From positions 136,134-200,133 of the forward strand of contig CAZNAA010000001.1 of the NCBI GenBank assembly GCA_964571255.1: a DNA stretch of 64,000 nt, written 5' to 3'. This document shows positions 19,694 to 29,211 of this stretch, in pieces. Position 1 is the first letter of the stretch; the number at the start of each line of letters is the position of its first letter. The notes under the pieces are model-generated. The model was given only the letters and a program-made list of their open reading frames with translations. It was not told where the DNA came from and did no database searches. The stretch comes from an uncultured Gammaproteobacteria bacterium (GTDB lineage Bacteria > Patescibacteriota > Microgenomatia > Levybacterales > UBA12049). Position numbers and translations under genes: made by a program.

Positions 19694-20848
19694 ATGAAAA
19701 AATTATTTCTTGCTGTATTACTTCTTGTTCTTCTGTTGGTTGGAATCACTGCTTTCCAATGGTATCTTCCAGTACTTACTCATCAAGGGACTGTTATTGA
19801 TCAATTTACTACGGAAAACGGGGAAAAGGTACGAATTATTTCTGAAGAATCAGTCGTTATTGATGTCTATAAGAAGGCAACTCCTTCCGTTGTTACTGTT
19901 TCAGCTAAAGCAAATGAGACTAAAGACGATTTGTCTAGTGATATTGACCCTTTTTTCTTTTTTGATATTCCAACGCCTCAAAAAGTAATTCCTTCTGAAC
20001 CACAAAATATCGGTTCGGGATTTATCGTTGATAAAAATGGATTAATTGTTACGAATAAACACGTCGTTGATGATCGGGACGTAACGTATACCGTACTAAC
20101 GAGTGATGGGAAACAATATGAAGTTGAGAAGATTTATAGAGATCCACTAAATGATATTGCTCTTGTTAAAATAAAAGTAAATGGAGCCAATCTCACTCCA
20201 GTTACTTTAGGTGACTCAGAAGCGCTCCAAGTTGGACAATTGGCTATTGCGATTGGAACTCCATTAGGTGAATTTACAAATACTATCACAACAGGGGTTA
20301 TCTCAGGAGTTGGAAGAGGAATTACTGCAGGATCGGTGTTTCAGGGATTTGTTGAAGAGTTAGATAATGTGATTCAAACAGATGCAGCGATTAATCCAGG
20401 AAATAGTGGAGGACCTCTTCTTAATTCAAAAGCCGAAGTGATTGGTGTAAATACAGCAGTCTCACAAAGTGGACAAAATATTGGCTTTGCACTGCCTATC
20501 AATACGATTAAAGAAGCTATTAATACCTTTAATAAAACGGGAAGCTTCAATAGACCATATCTTGGAGTTTCTTATAAAATTCTCTCAGCAGAACTTGCCA
20601 AGCAAAATGAACTTGTTCAAGGAGCATATGTACAAACGGTGATTGCAGGATCAGCTGCTCAAAAGGCAGGAGTGAAAGACGGAGATGTGATTACCAAAAT
20701 TGATGGACAAGCAATCCAACCAAATAGAGGAGAACTTTCAAACTATATTGCCAAAAGAAAAGTTGGAGATAGCATTACCCTTACTCTTTTTCGGGATGGA
20801 AAGACACTTGAGGTTAAAGCTATTCTTGAAGCTGCATCTGAAGAATAA
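19694..20848 (+). CDS. htrA: HtrA/DegP-family serine protease with one PDZ
   Basis: GSGFI, TNKHVV, DIAL, QTDAAINPGNSGGPL, C-terminal PDZ. Confidence 0.94.
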   Translation: MKKLFLAVLLLVLLLVGITAFQWYLPVLTHQGTVIDQFTTENGEKVRIISEESVVIDVYKKATPSVVTVSAKANETKDDLSSDIDPFFFFDIPTPQKVIPSEPQNIGSGFIVDKNGLIVTNKHVVDDRDVTYTVLTSDGKQYEVEKIYRDPLNDIALVKIKVNGANLTPVTLGDSEALQVGQLAIAIGTPLGEFTNTITTGVISGVGRGITAGSVFQGFVEELDNVIQTDAAINPGNSGGPLLNSKAEVIGVNTAVSQSGQNIGFALPINTIKEAINTFNKTGSFNRPYLGVSYKILSAELAKQNELVQGAYVQTVIAGSAAQKAGVKDGDVITKIDGQAIQPNRGELSNYIAKRKVGDSITLTLFRDGKTLEVKAILEAASEE

Positions 20849-20897
20849 GAGGATAATTCCTGCTTGTATTTATCATTCTGCTGTGTATAATTAACTA

Positions 20898-21641
20898 ATG
20901 CCTCGAGCAAAGACAACAAGTACAAAAATTACTCCTGCAAAACGAACTATTCGCAAGAAAACTCTGGTATCTGATGCAGTACTTAATGAAACAATGTCTG
21001 CATCCATTGAAGAATCTCCTGTAGTGTCTAGAAGAACTCTTCCAAAACTTCCTATTAAAAAATCCTATGTAATTGCATTCGGAGCCATTCTTCTTCTTGT
21101 AGCTGGTGGATATCTTTTGAAAGGGTGGTTTGTTGCAGCAGTTGTAAATGGAGAACCAATTAGTCGAATAAATATTATTCGACAACTGGAAAGAACTCCT
21201 CAGGCCAAAGAAATAATGACAGCTGAAGTACAAAGAAAACTGATTCATCAAGAAGCACGAAAGAGAAGAATTTATGTTACCAAAGACGAAATTGATAAAG
21301 CAGTAAAAGAGTATCAGGATAATTATGCAAAGGAAGGACGAAATTTAGATGAGCAATTGAAAGCAGCCAAATTATCGAAAGATGATTTTATTGAACTCTA
21401 TGTACGGCTTCCAAAACTTCTTGAGAAAATGGTTGAGAAAGAGGTAAAACAACCAACAGAGAAAGAGATTACTGCATTTATCGAACAAAATAAAGAATCT
21501 CTTCCTAAAGGACAATCAGATGCAGCAAATAAGAAATGGGCAAAAGATAATTTAGTCCAAACTCAAATGTATCAAAAGGTACAAGCTTTGATTGAATCAG
21601 TTCAAAAGAGTGCTAAAGTTACTTATTGGGTGAGTTATTAA
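20898..21641 (+). CDS. SurA N-terminal domain protein (foldase-like)
   Basis: TM followed by AAVVNGEPISR..LIHQEARK..VTKDEID. Confidence 0.75.
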   Translation: MPRAKTTSTKITPAKRTIRKKTLVSDAVLNETMSASIEESPVVSRRTLPKLPIKKSYVIAFGAILLLVAGGYLLKGWFVAAVVNGEPISRINIIRQLERTPQAKEIMTAEVQRKLIHQEARKRRIYVTKDEIDKAVKEYQDNYAKEGRNLDEQLKAAKLSKDDFIELYVRLPKLLEKMVEKEVKQPTEKEITAFIEQNKESLPKGQSDAANKKWAKDNLVQTQMYQKVQALIESVQKSAKVTYWVSY

Positions 21642-21685
21642 TTTTTGTTGTTGACAAAAGATCGGGATTGTTTTGTAATATACAT

Positions 21686-21823
21686 ATGCCTAAGAAAAAA
21701 GTGTCCTCTAAAGGAGTGTCCACAAAATCTGCTCGACGAGTTTCCTTGGCAGACGATACCATTCTTATCATTTTAGGGGGAAGTGCTCTCCTAATGATCC
21801 TCACCATTGCTCTTCTAAAATAA
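21686..21823 (+). CDS. Small membrane peptide
   Basis: 45 aa, basic N-terminus and hydrophobic C-terminus. TTGACA lies upstream at 21651. Confidence 0.45.
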   Translation: MPKKKVSSKGVSTKSARRVSLADDTILIILGGSALLMILTIALLK

Positions 21824-23258
21824 GCTTGTCTTGACTATATTCCTCTAAATCCATTTCGTTTCCTAGTATTTTCACTTTATCTAGAGTAGTGGGAGAGCGA
21901 AAATATTGGAGAAGGATTTGATAGATATCCAAATCAAAAAAAATATCTTGACTAAACTCACGATTTTTTTCTTCTCCATTTTGTATTCGAATACTTCCTA
22001 GATACGACCATTTATCAAAGAGTAAGAATTCCTTCTCGCCAGTTGGATCCCACTCTTCACAAATAGCAATGGGACTTTTAAATGGCCACTCTTTAATCCG
22101 AGTATGAGCAAAAGCAGTAAGAAAGCGAAGATTATAAAGAATAGCATCTTCCTTTTTGATACAGGCTCCAGTACACGTTCCTAGTCGATAAGAAAAACAA
22201 CTTCCCTCTGTTTTCTCAAGGCCTAATCTTTTCTGGCAAAGAGAGTGTTTTTTTGCAAGTGTTGTGAGAAATTCTTTGGCTTGTTTTTTTGATCTAAAAA
22301 ATCCCAAGTAACTTGAAAGAGTTTTATGATCAATTTTAGAAATTGGAGAAAAAGTGACAGTGTGATAGCCATCCGTATCAACTTGTTGAATACAGGCAAT
22401 AAGTTCTTGCTTCACCCGAAGCTTTCGATTGTAGATAGGGAGAAGGGATTTAACATATTGAGATTCCAAAAATAACGCTCCTAACTCTCCAGCAGTTGGA
22501 AGTGCTTCAATATGTGCTACTTGTTGTGATATAGCAAGTTCTTTTTCCGATCTGATATCACTTGAAAAATGGGAAAGAACACGAGTATAAATATTCTTAC
22601 TTTTCCCAACATACAAGGGAGTTTGATTTTGGTCATAAAAGATATAGACTCCAGGACGTTTTGGAAGGTTTTTCACTCCTTCTTTTGAAAGAAGAGGAGG
22701 GAGAGTAGGGGATTTAAGAAGAGTAGTAATTGTTGAAACAAGTAATTCCATAGGGAGTATTTGTTGGAGTTTTTGGTAAAACTGATAGAGCATATGTGCA
22801 TCATCAAAAGCTCTATGTCTATTCTCACAAATAAGGTTGTATCGCTGAATAATGGCATCTAAGTTGTGACGAGGAAATTGAGGGAAAAGGATTCGGGAGA
22901 GTTTCACTGTACAAAAATGTTTCATAGAGAATGAGTAACCTAATCTTTCAAATTCATGGAGTAAAAAACTGTAATCAAATCGAACGTTATGAGCTACAAA
23001 GACACAATCAGAAAGAGATTCCAAAATAGTCTCTGAAACATCTTTAAATGAGGGAGCACCCTCAAGCATCGATGATTGTATCCCTGTTAATAACTCAATT
23101 TCTGGGGGGATATATCGGTCAGGATTAATGAGAGATTGGTAGGTATGAGTTATCTTATTATCTTCAACTCGGACAATACCTATTTCAATAACACGGTCCC
23201 GTTCAGCACGTCCTCCGGTTGTCTCTATATCAACGAAGGCTATTTTTGAGGGCAGCAT
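21801..23258 (-). CDS. DEDDh exonuclease (DnaQ-like) fused to a GIY-YIG/UvrC-like nuclease
   Basis: FVDIETTG, VAHNVRFD, HRAFDDA, then PGVYIF..LYVGKSKNI..RVLSH. Confidence 0.9.
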   Translation of the reverse strand: MLPSKIAFVDIETTGGRAERDRVIEIGIVRVEDNKITHTYQSLINPDRYIPPEIELLTGIQSSMLEGAPSFKDVSETILESLSDCVFVAHNVRFDYSFLLHEFERLGYSFSMKHFCTVKLSRILFPQFPRHNLDAIIQRYNLICENRHRAFDDAHMLYQFYQKLQQILPMELLVSTITTLLKSPTLPPLLSKEGVKNLPKRPGVYIFYDQNQTPLYVGKSKNIYTRVLSHFSSDIRSEKELAISQQVAHIEALPTAGELGALFLESQYVKSLLPIYNRKLRVKQELIACIQQVDTDGYHTVTFSPISKIDHKTLSSYLGFFRSKKQAKEFLTTLAKKHSLCQKRLGLEKTEGSCFSYRLGTCTGACIKKEDAILYNLRFLTAFAHTRIKEWPFKSPIAICEEWDPTGEKEFLLFDKWSYLGSIRIQNGEEKNREFSQDIFFDLDIYQILLQYFRSPTTLDKVKILGNEMDLEEYSQDKLILEEQW

Positions 23259-23350
23259 AGTAGTAGGTAGTATAGGAATAAACAAGAGAAAAATCAAATA
23301 GAGATCCGTCTCTACTTGATTCATTTTTCCTCATCAGAGATACTAGATAT

Positions 23351-25039
23351 ATGGAAGGTATTTTTTCAGAAATTGCTGTAGTGATTGTAACTGCAGCTGT
23401 TCTTGCTATTACATTTCGTTTTCTCAAACAACCTGCCCTTTTGGCCTATATGCTAACTGGGATTTTACTTGGGCCTCTCAATATTTTTAACTTCGCTCAC
23501 TTTGATTCGTTAAAAACGTTAGGTCAATTAGGCATTACTTTACTTCTTTTTATGCTGGGACTGGAGTTGAAGCTGAAGGAGCTAAAAACCATTGGAAAAA
23601 CAGCAATCATTGCAGGTACAGCCCAAATGGGAATTACGTTCTTTCTAGCCTTTCTCATAAGCCAAGGGATAGGGTTTGACTTGATAACCTGTGTGTATTT
23701 AGCCATTGCCTTATCTTTCTCTAGTACCATTGCTATCGTGAAATTGCTTTCTGATAAAAAAGATCTTAATTCACTGCATGGAAAGTTAGCGATTGGTATT
23801 CTTCTTATTCAGGATTTCTTCGCGGTGATTGCCATTATTTTTCTTAATAATCCTTTGTCTGGTGGAGGAGTGATGGTTCTTTCTCAAATTTTTCTCTTAC
23901 TTCTCAAAATTATTGTGATAGGAGGATGGGTTGTTGTTATTAGTGAGTATATTTTCCCCAGAGTTCTTCCAAAAATCTCAAAGTCCTCAGAGTCTCTTTT
24001 TCTTTTTAGTTTAGGGTGGTTATTTGCTATTACTGCTTTTGTCGCATCTCCTTTTATTGGATTCTCTTTAGAGATTGGAGGATTTTTAGCAGGGTTGGCA
24101 CTAGCAAATACCCATGAGAATTACCAAATCGTTGCTCGAATGCGAGCTCTTCGAGACTTTTTTATCACGATCTTCTTTGTTTCTTTAGGATTTGAAATGA
24201 CGTTTGACAATATCGGAGTGTATCTTATTCCTATTCTTATTTTTAGTGTCTTTATTCTTTTGGTGAAACCATACCTTGTTGCTTGGATCATTGGACTGAT
24301 GGGTTTTAAGAAGAGAACATCTTTTTTCGTAGGAGTTAGCTTAGGGCAAATTTCTGAATTCAGTTTACTTCTTCTTTTTATTGGAAAAGAAAAAGGTCTC
24401 TTTTCAGAAGGATTGGTGAGTGCCATGATTCTTACCTCTATGATTACTTTTGTCTTCTCAACCTATTTGATCCAAAAAACGCACTTTCTCTATGAAGAAG
24501 GAGGAAAGTTCTTCTTTATTCCTCAGCGAAAGAGAAAAAATGGAGTCGATATCACTGTTGAGGGGGAATTTGACCATTTGAAAAACCATGTGATTCTGGT
24601 TGGAGGACATCAAATGGGACAAAGTATTATCCATGCGTTAAAAAATACTAAAGAGCAAGTTCTAGTGGTGGATTTTGATCCAGATATTGTCAAAAAACTA
24701 AAAGAAAAAGAGATCCCTGTTTTTTTTGGAGATATCGCAGACCCTGAGATTCAAGAGAGAGCTGGGTTTGATAGGGCAAAACTCGTTATCTCTACTGTGC
24801 CTGATTTAGAGGATAATTTACTTCTTCTTGAAGGCTTACAGCATGAAAACAAAAAAGCAACTATTGTTGTTGTAGCACTGGACGGGGAAGATGCAAAAAC
24901 GTTATATAAAGCAGGAGCAGATTACGTAGTCTTACCTCATCTGGTTGGAGGACATCACTTGGCAAAGATATTAGTTGATAAGAATCATTTGGAAATTATT
25001 GAGAAATTTAAGTTAAAAGATATGGAGTATCTTAGTTAG
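23351..25039 (+). CDS. Kef-type cation:proton antiporter (CPA2) with TrkA-N domain
   Basis: About 12 TMs with LLFMLGLEL, SSTIAIVK, IQD and GQISEF; C-terminal Rossmann domain. Confidence 0.92.
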   Translation: MEGIFSEIAVVIVTAAVLAITFRFLKQPALLAYMLTGILLGPLNIFNFAHFDSLKTLGQLGITLLLFMLGLELKLKELKTIGKTAIIAGTAQMGITFFLAFLISQGIGFDLITCVYLAIALSFSSTIAIVKLLSDKKDLNSLHGKLAIGILLIQDFFAVIAIIFLNNPLSGGGVMVLSQIFLLLLKIIVIGGWVVVISEYIFPRVLPKISKSSESLFLFSLGWLFAITAFVASPFIGFSLEIGGFLAGLALANTHENYQIVARMRALRDFFITIFFVSLGFEMTFDNIGVYLIPILIFSVFILLVKPYLVAWIIGLMGFKKRTSFFVGVSLGQISEFSLLLLFIGKEKGLFSEGLVSAMILTSMITFVFSTYLIQKTHFLYEEGGKFFFIPQRKRKNGVDITVEGEFDHLKNHVILVGGHQMGQSIIHALKNTKEQVLVVDFDPDIVKKLKEKEIPVFFGDIADPEIQERAGFDRAKLVISTVPDLEDNLLLLEGLQHENKKATIVVVALDGEDAKTLYKAGADYVVLPHLVGGHHLAKILVDKNHLEIIEKFKLKDMEYLS

Positions 25040-25940
25040 AATCGTTGCTATCACTCACGAGTGTTTCTGTATCATCAAGTTGTGAATAGTCTACTTCAGG
25101 AAGATACCCATCCATAATAACAGGGAGGTTCCCCCAGGATTTTCCCAATCTATGATCAGTTAATCGATCTTGAGGGAAGTTATAGGTTTTAATTTTCTCA
25201 GATCGTGTGCCTCTTCCTACTTGAGTAGACTTTAATGAAGCAAATTCTGCTTGTCTTTTTTCTACTTCTTGCTCCCAGAGTCGTGCTCTAAGGAGTTTTT
25301 CAGCAATCTCTCGATTTTGAATTTGAGATCGTTCTGTTTGACAGGTAACAACGAGTCCAGATGGAATGTGAACAAGACGGACTGCAGTAGATACTTTATT
25401 GACGTTTTGTCCACCATGTCCGCCTGATCTGAATGACTCGAAATGAATATCATCAGGACTAATGTGTAAATCAATGTCGTCAAGTTCAGGAAGCACAGAG
25501 ACGATTACGGTTGAAGTATGGACTCTCCCTCTCTTTTCTGTTTTTGGAACTCTCTGGACTCTGTGAACGCCAGATTCGTACTTAAACGCACCGAATGGAT
25601 AGTTTCCACTAATTCGAAGGACACTATCTTCAATCTGTTCTGCTTTGAAATTATTTAATTCACAAAATCTCTGATACATTCGAAGTAGTTCTGAAGCAAA
25701 AAGAGTAGCTTCGTCTCCTCCTGCTGCTCCTTTGACTTCAAGAAGAATATTTCGCTCATCCAGGGTATCTTCTGTTTGGGTAGGTTTTACAAAGGTATCT
25801 TGAATAGCCTGTTTTTGTTTTTCTAACTCTTCAATCTCTTGTTGAGCCAAAAGTGTTAGGGAAGGATCAGCCAGAAGCTCCGTTGCTTCTTCAATTTTTT
25901 TTTCTAGTTCTGCAATTTGGACGAGGCGATAGTCATTCAT
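25032..25940 (-). CDS. prfA: Peptide chain release factor 1 (short form)
   Basis: GGDEA, ESGVHRVQRVPKTE (PxT motif), GGQ, YNFPQDRLTDHR; next to rpmE. Confidence 0.92.
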   Translation of the reverse strand: MNDYRLVQIAELEKKIEEATELLADPSLTLLAQQEIEELEKQKQAIQDTFVKPTQTEDTLDERNILLEVKGAAGGDEATLFASELLRMYQRFCELNNFKAEQIEDSVLRISGNYPFGAFKYESGVHRVQRVPKTEKRGRVHTSTVIVSVLPELDDIDLHISPDDIHFESFRSGGHGGQNVNKVSTAVRLVHIPSGLVVTCQTERSQIQNREIAEKLLRARLWEQEVEKRQAEFASLKSTQVGRGTRSEKIKTYNFPQDRLTDHRLGKSWGNLPVIMDGYLPEVDYSQLDDTETLVSDSNDSN

Positions 25941-25976
25941 ACAAATATATTGATATTATAACGCAAGAAAGACCAC

Positions 25977-26276
25977 TTATTTAAAGTTACTAAGGAGTTC
26001 TCGGAGGGACTTTGGACCTTCAGAAGCTTTTTTCTTTTCATCAACCTTTTTCTTAGCAGTTACTTGATATAAAGAAGCTTTTTCTTGAGCCTTTTTAAAC
26101 TTATCAATTTTTGAGTCGGTATCAACGAATCGTTGTTCACCGGTAAAGAAAGGGTGACATTTGTTACATAATTCAATCTGGATCATATCTTGGGTAGATC
26201 CAACAGTGAATTTGTTTCCACAAACACAAACTACCTGGGCTTGAGGATTATATTTTGGGTGAATACTTGCTTTCAT
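25977..26276 (-). CDS. rpmE: 50S ribosomal protein L31 with C-terminal extension
   Basis: MKASIHPKY..CVCG..CNKCHPFFTG. Confidence 0.94.
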   Translation of the reverse strand: MKASIHPKYNPQAQVVCVCGNKFTVGSTQDMIQIELCNKCHPFFTGEQRFVDTDSKIDKFKKAQEKASLYQVTAKKKVDEKKKASEGPKSLRELLSNFK

Positions 26277-26368
26277 ATGGAATATTATACTGGAAAAAGT
26301 GAGATTAGACAAGTCTAGGAACTTTTCTCTTTGACAAGAAGGTTGAGCCTAAGATAGAATCTCATTAG

Positions 26369-27070
26369 ATGTCCGCACAAGAGATTGAATTGAGAAGAAA
26401 CAAACAGCGTTTTAAAGCTGTTTCTAAGCCTGCTGGGGAGTTTGAAGTATATGACGTAGATATATTGCCTTTAAACCCAGATGGAACAGTAGATCTCATG
26501 GTACTAGAATCTAGGATAAATCTCTTAGTTAGAACTATAGCCTACCGTAAAGGAGTTGGTGATGAATCTGATGAAGTTATGCAAGAAGTACTCTTGAGAA
26601 TAGATAGGAATTATAAGAAGTATCAAGGAAAAGGACTCCTAGCGTGGGTTAATACGATTACCACAAATATCTGTTTCTCTATACTTAGAAAAAGAAGAAG
26701 ACTTAAGAACAACTTGGGGTTTCAGTATCATAATAGCCTAGATTCTCGAGATATACTTGAAATACCAGAAGTAGTAGCAATGACTAACAGAGAAGACTTA
26801 CAAGAAGAATATTTGTTAAAAGAAAGAGATAAACAGATACGGAGGGTTCTTGCTCTGCTTTCTTTAGAAGATAGAAAATTGTTGGAGCTATATTATTTAC
26901 ACGAAGGAGTAGAATTATCGTATTCCCAAATAGCTGATATGCTCTCGGTATCATATGCTACTGTAAAAAGAAGGATACAAAGAGCTAAAGTTAAAGCTAA
27001 AAAGCTTTTTATTCAACAAGGGTTTTCTTCCATAGGTGAAGTGGATGCCAGTGAACCCTCCCTTCAGTAA
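26369..27070 (+). CDS. ECF-type RNA polymerase sigma factor
   Basis: Region 2 DEVMQEVLLRI..AWVNTITTN; region 4 LSYSQIADMLSVSYATVKRRIQRA. Confidence 0.85.
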   Translation: MSAQEIELRRNKQRFKAVSKPAGEFEVYDVDILPLNPDGTVDLMVLESRINLLVRTIAYRKGVGDESDEVMQEVLLRIDRNYKKYQGKGLLAWVNTITTNICFSILRKRRRLKNNLGFQYHNSLDSRDILEIPEVVAMTNREDLQEEYLLKERDKQIRRVLALLSLEDRKLLELYYLHEGVELSYSQIADMLSVSYATVKRRIQRAKVKAKKLFIQQGFSSIGEVDASEPSLQ

Positions 27071-27920
27071 CATAAATCCCAAGTAATATAAGGCCTGCAC
27101 CAATGAGGTAGGTTAATGTGATTTGTTCTCCAAGAAGAGGAATAGCAATGACTGCTGTTGCAATAGGATCCATATATCCAAAAACGCCAATTTCTGATGT
27201 CTGCATGTTTTTTACTGCAAAAGCATTAAACAAATGGGCTAAAGCACTGGCCAGAACGCACCCGTAGACAAGCCCTATGGTTCCAGAAAGAGTGAAAATA
27301 CTACTAAGAGTGTGAGAGGACAGTTCATATAAAACTAAAGGAAAAAGTGGCAGTGAGCCAATTACAAATGTCCAAAAGTTAATAATAAGTGGGGAGTAGC
27401 GCGGAAGGATTCGTTTAATGACTATCAAATACCACAGTCCACATAAAGAGGCGAGCAGCAAAAAGACATTTCCTAGTAATGATCCATCAAATCCTTCCTC
27501 AAAAATCGGTTTTAACACGATAAAAAGAACTCCAAATAAGCCAATTCCTGTTCCAATCATCGCTTTTCGTGAGACTTTTTGATGGGTAAGCATTAAGTAG
27601 AGCAGAATAAAAACTGGTCCTGCTGATAGTACCAAGGGTGCATTTAAACTTGAGGTATATGAAAGACCTAAAAAGAGAAAAGAAATAGAAAAAGTGACAC
27701 CAGTAAGACTTAAAATCAAAAAATCTTTCCAGTCTTTTCTGGGGATTGCTAAATCTTTATACACAAAAGGTAAAAAAAGGTAGGCAGCAAAGAAGAAACG
27801 AAAGAAAACAAAGGTGTAGGGAGGGACATCTCCTAATGCCCATTTGTAAATAGGAAAAGAAGCTCCCCAAATGATATGAGCCAGAATAATAGCGATAATG
27901 CCTTTTTTGTGGGCAGACAT
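27009..27920 (-). CDS. DMT/EamA family transporter
   Basis: About 10 TMs with IWGASFP, RFFFA and LLGEQIT. Confidence 0.9.
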   Translation of the reverse strand: MSAHKKGIIAIILAHIIWGASFPIYKWALGDVPPYTFVFFRFFFAAYLFLPFVYKDLAIPRKDWKDFLILSLTGVTFSISFLFLGLSYTSSLNAPLVLSAGPVFILLYLMLTHQKVSRKAMIGTGIGLFGVLFIVLKPIFEEGFDGSLLGNVFLLLASLCGLWYLIVIKRILPRYSPLIINFWTFVIGSLPLFPLVLYELSSHTLSSIFTLSGTIGLVYGCVLASALAHLFNAFAVKNMQTSEIGVFGYMDPIATAVIAIPLLGEQITLTYLIGAGLILLGIYVTEGRVHWHPLHLWKKTLVE

Positions 27921-27938
27921 ATTTTTAGTATAGAGAAT

Positions 27939-29177
27939 TTATTTGTTAGGAGAAAGCAGGGAGATTACTTCAGATAGTGGAAGTTGTTGTTGTGTTCCTG
28001 ATTGTAAGTTTTTGATAGTTACTATTTCTTTGTTTTTTTCTTCATCTCCAATAATAATGACATAGGGAATTTGCTTCTGATCAGCATACTTCATTTGCTT
28101 ATCAAGTTTTGCCGTATAGTCTTCATAGATATCTGTGTTGATTCCCTTCTCACGGAGTTCTCTAGTAATAGAAAGAGAAGAATCCAGTAGTTCAGGAGAA
28201 AAGACAGTTACTAGAACCTTGGTTGTTGTTCCCGTAAGTTCTGGCCAGAGGTTTAGCTCTTCAATTACATCACAAATACGCTCCATTCCAATGGTTGTTC
28301 CCACTGCTGGAACATCTGGTCCTCCTAAAGACTTAATTAACTTGTCATATCTTCCTCCTCCTGTGATAGAGCCAATCTTAGGCTCAGAAACAATGGTTTC
28401 AAAAATACTGCCAGTATAGTAATCAAGTCCTCGTACCATGGTTGGATCAAATTGGATATTTTTTGCCCCTAACTCTTTGGAAAGAGCCATGACTTGTTTA
28501 AGTGACTCATCTGGTTCAACCATAGAAAGTGCGGTGAAAAGGGAGTCAATTTGTGATTTTTGAATTGATTTTTCAAGGAGTTCTGCTTCCACTTCTTCTC
28601 GAGTTTTCTTATCCAGTTTATCAATAGATTGCAAAACAGTAAGAGATTTCTCCTGAGGGATACCGGATTTTTCAATAAGGCTAAAAAGAATTTGTCGAGA
28701 GTTAATTCTAATCGTAAAACCAGTGAGCTTGAGACGAGTAAGAGATTCAGAAATAACGGCAAGAATCTGTGCATCAGCAAGGGGGGAGGAGGATCCTAAA
28801 ATATCGACATCACACTGAGTAAATTGACGATATCTGCCTTTTTGGGTGTTTTCTGCTCTGTATGATGGTTGAATTTGATATCTTTTGAAAGGTTTTGGAA
28901 GATCTTGATACTGACTCATGACCCGAGCTGTTGGAACGGTGAGATCATAATTGAGTCCTACCTTTCTTCCTCCTGAATCATCAAAAATATACATAAGCTT
29001 TTCTGCTTCTTCACCGTATTTCCCAAGGAGGACATCTGCATACTCAAGTGTTGGAGTTTGGAGGGGCTCAAAGCCATAGAGCTCAAACACTTCCTTAAGA
29101 ATACTCATTACTTTATCTCGAATAAGCATTTGTTTTGGTAGAAAATCTCTAAATCCTTTTAATGTTTGTGCTGGCAT
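27939..29177 (-). CDS. hisS: Histidine--tRNA ligase
   Basis: KGFRDFLP, YRAENTQKGRYRQFTQCDVD, RGLDYYTG, GGGRYD, anticodon-binding C-terminus. Confidence 0.97.
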   Translation of the reverse strand: MPAQTLKGFRDFLPKQMLIRDKVMSILKEVFELYGFEPLQTPTLEYADVLLGKYGEEAEKLMYIFDDSGGRKVGLNYDLTVPTARVMSQYQDLPKPFKRYQIQPSYRAENTQKGRYRQFTQCDVDILGSSSPLADAQILAVISESLTRLKLTGFTIRINSRQILFSLIEKSGIPQEKSLTVLQSIDKLDKKTREEVEAELLEKSIQKSQIDSLFTALSMVEPDESLKQVMALSKELGAKNIQFDPTMVRGLDYYTGSIFETIVSEPKIGSITGGGRYDKLIKSLGGPDVPAVGTTIGMERICDVIEELNLWPELTGTTTKVLVTVFSPELLDSSLSITRELREKGINTDIYEDYTAKLDKQMKYADQKQIPYVIIIGDEEKNKEIVTIKNLQSGTQQQLPLSEVISLLSPNK

Positions 29178-29211
29178 AATCACTCCTATTATACACATCC
29201 TCTAGTGGTAA

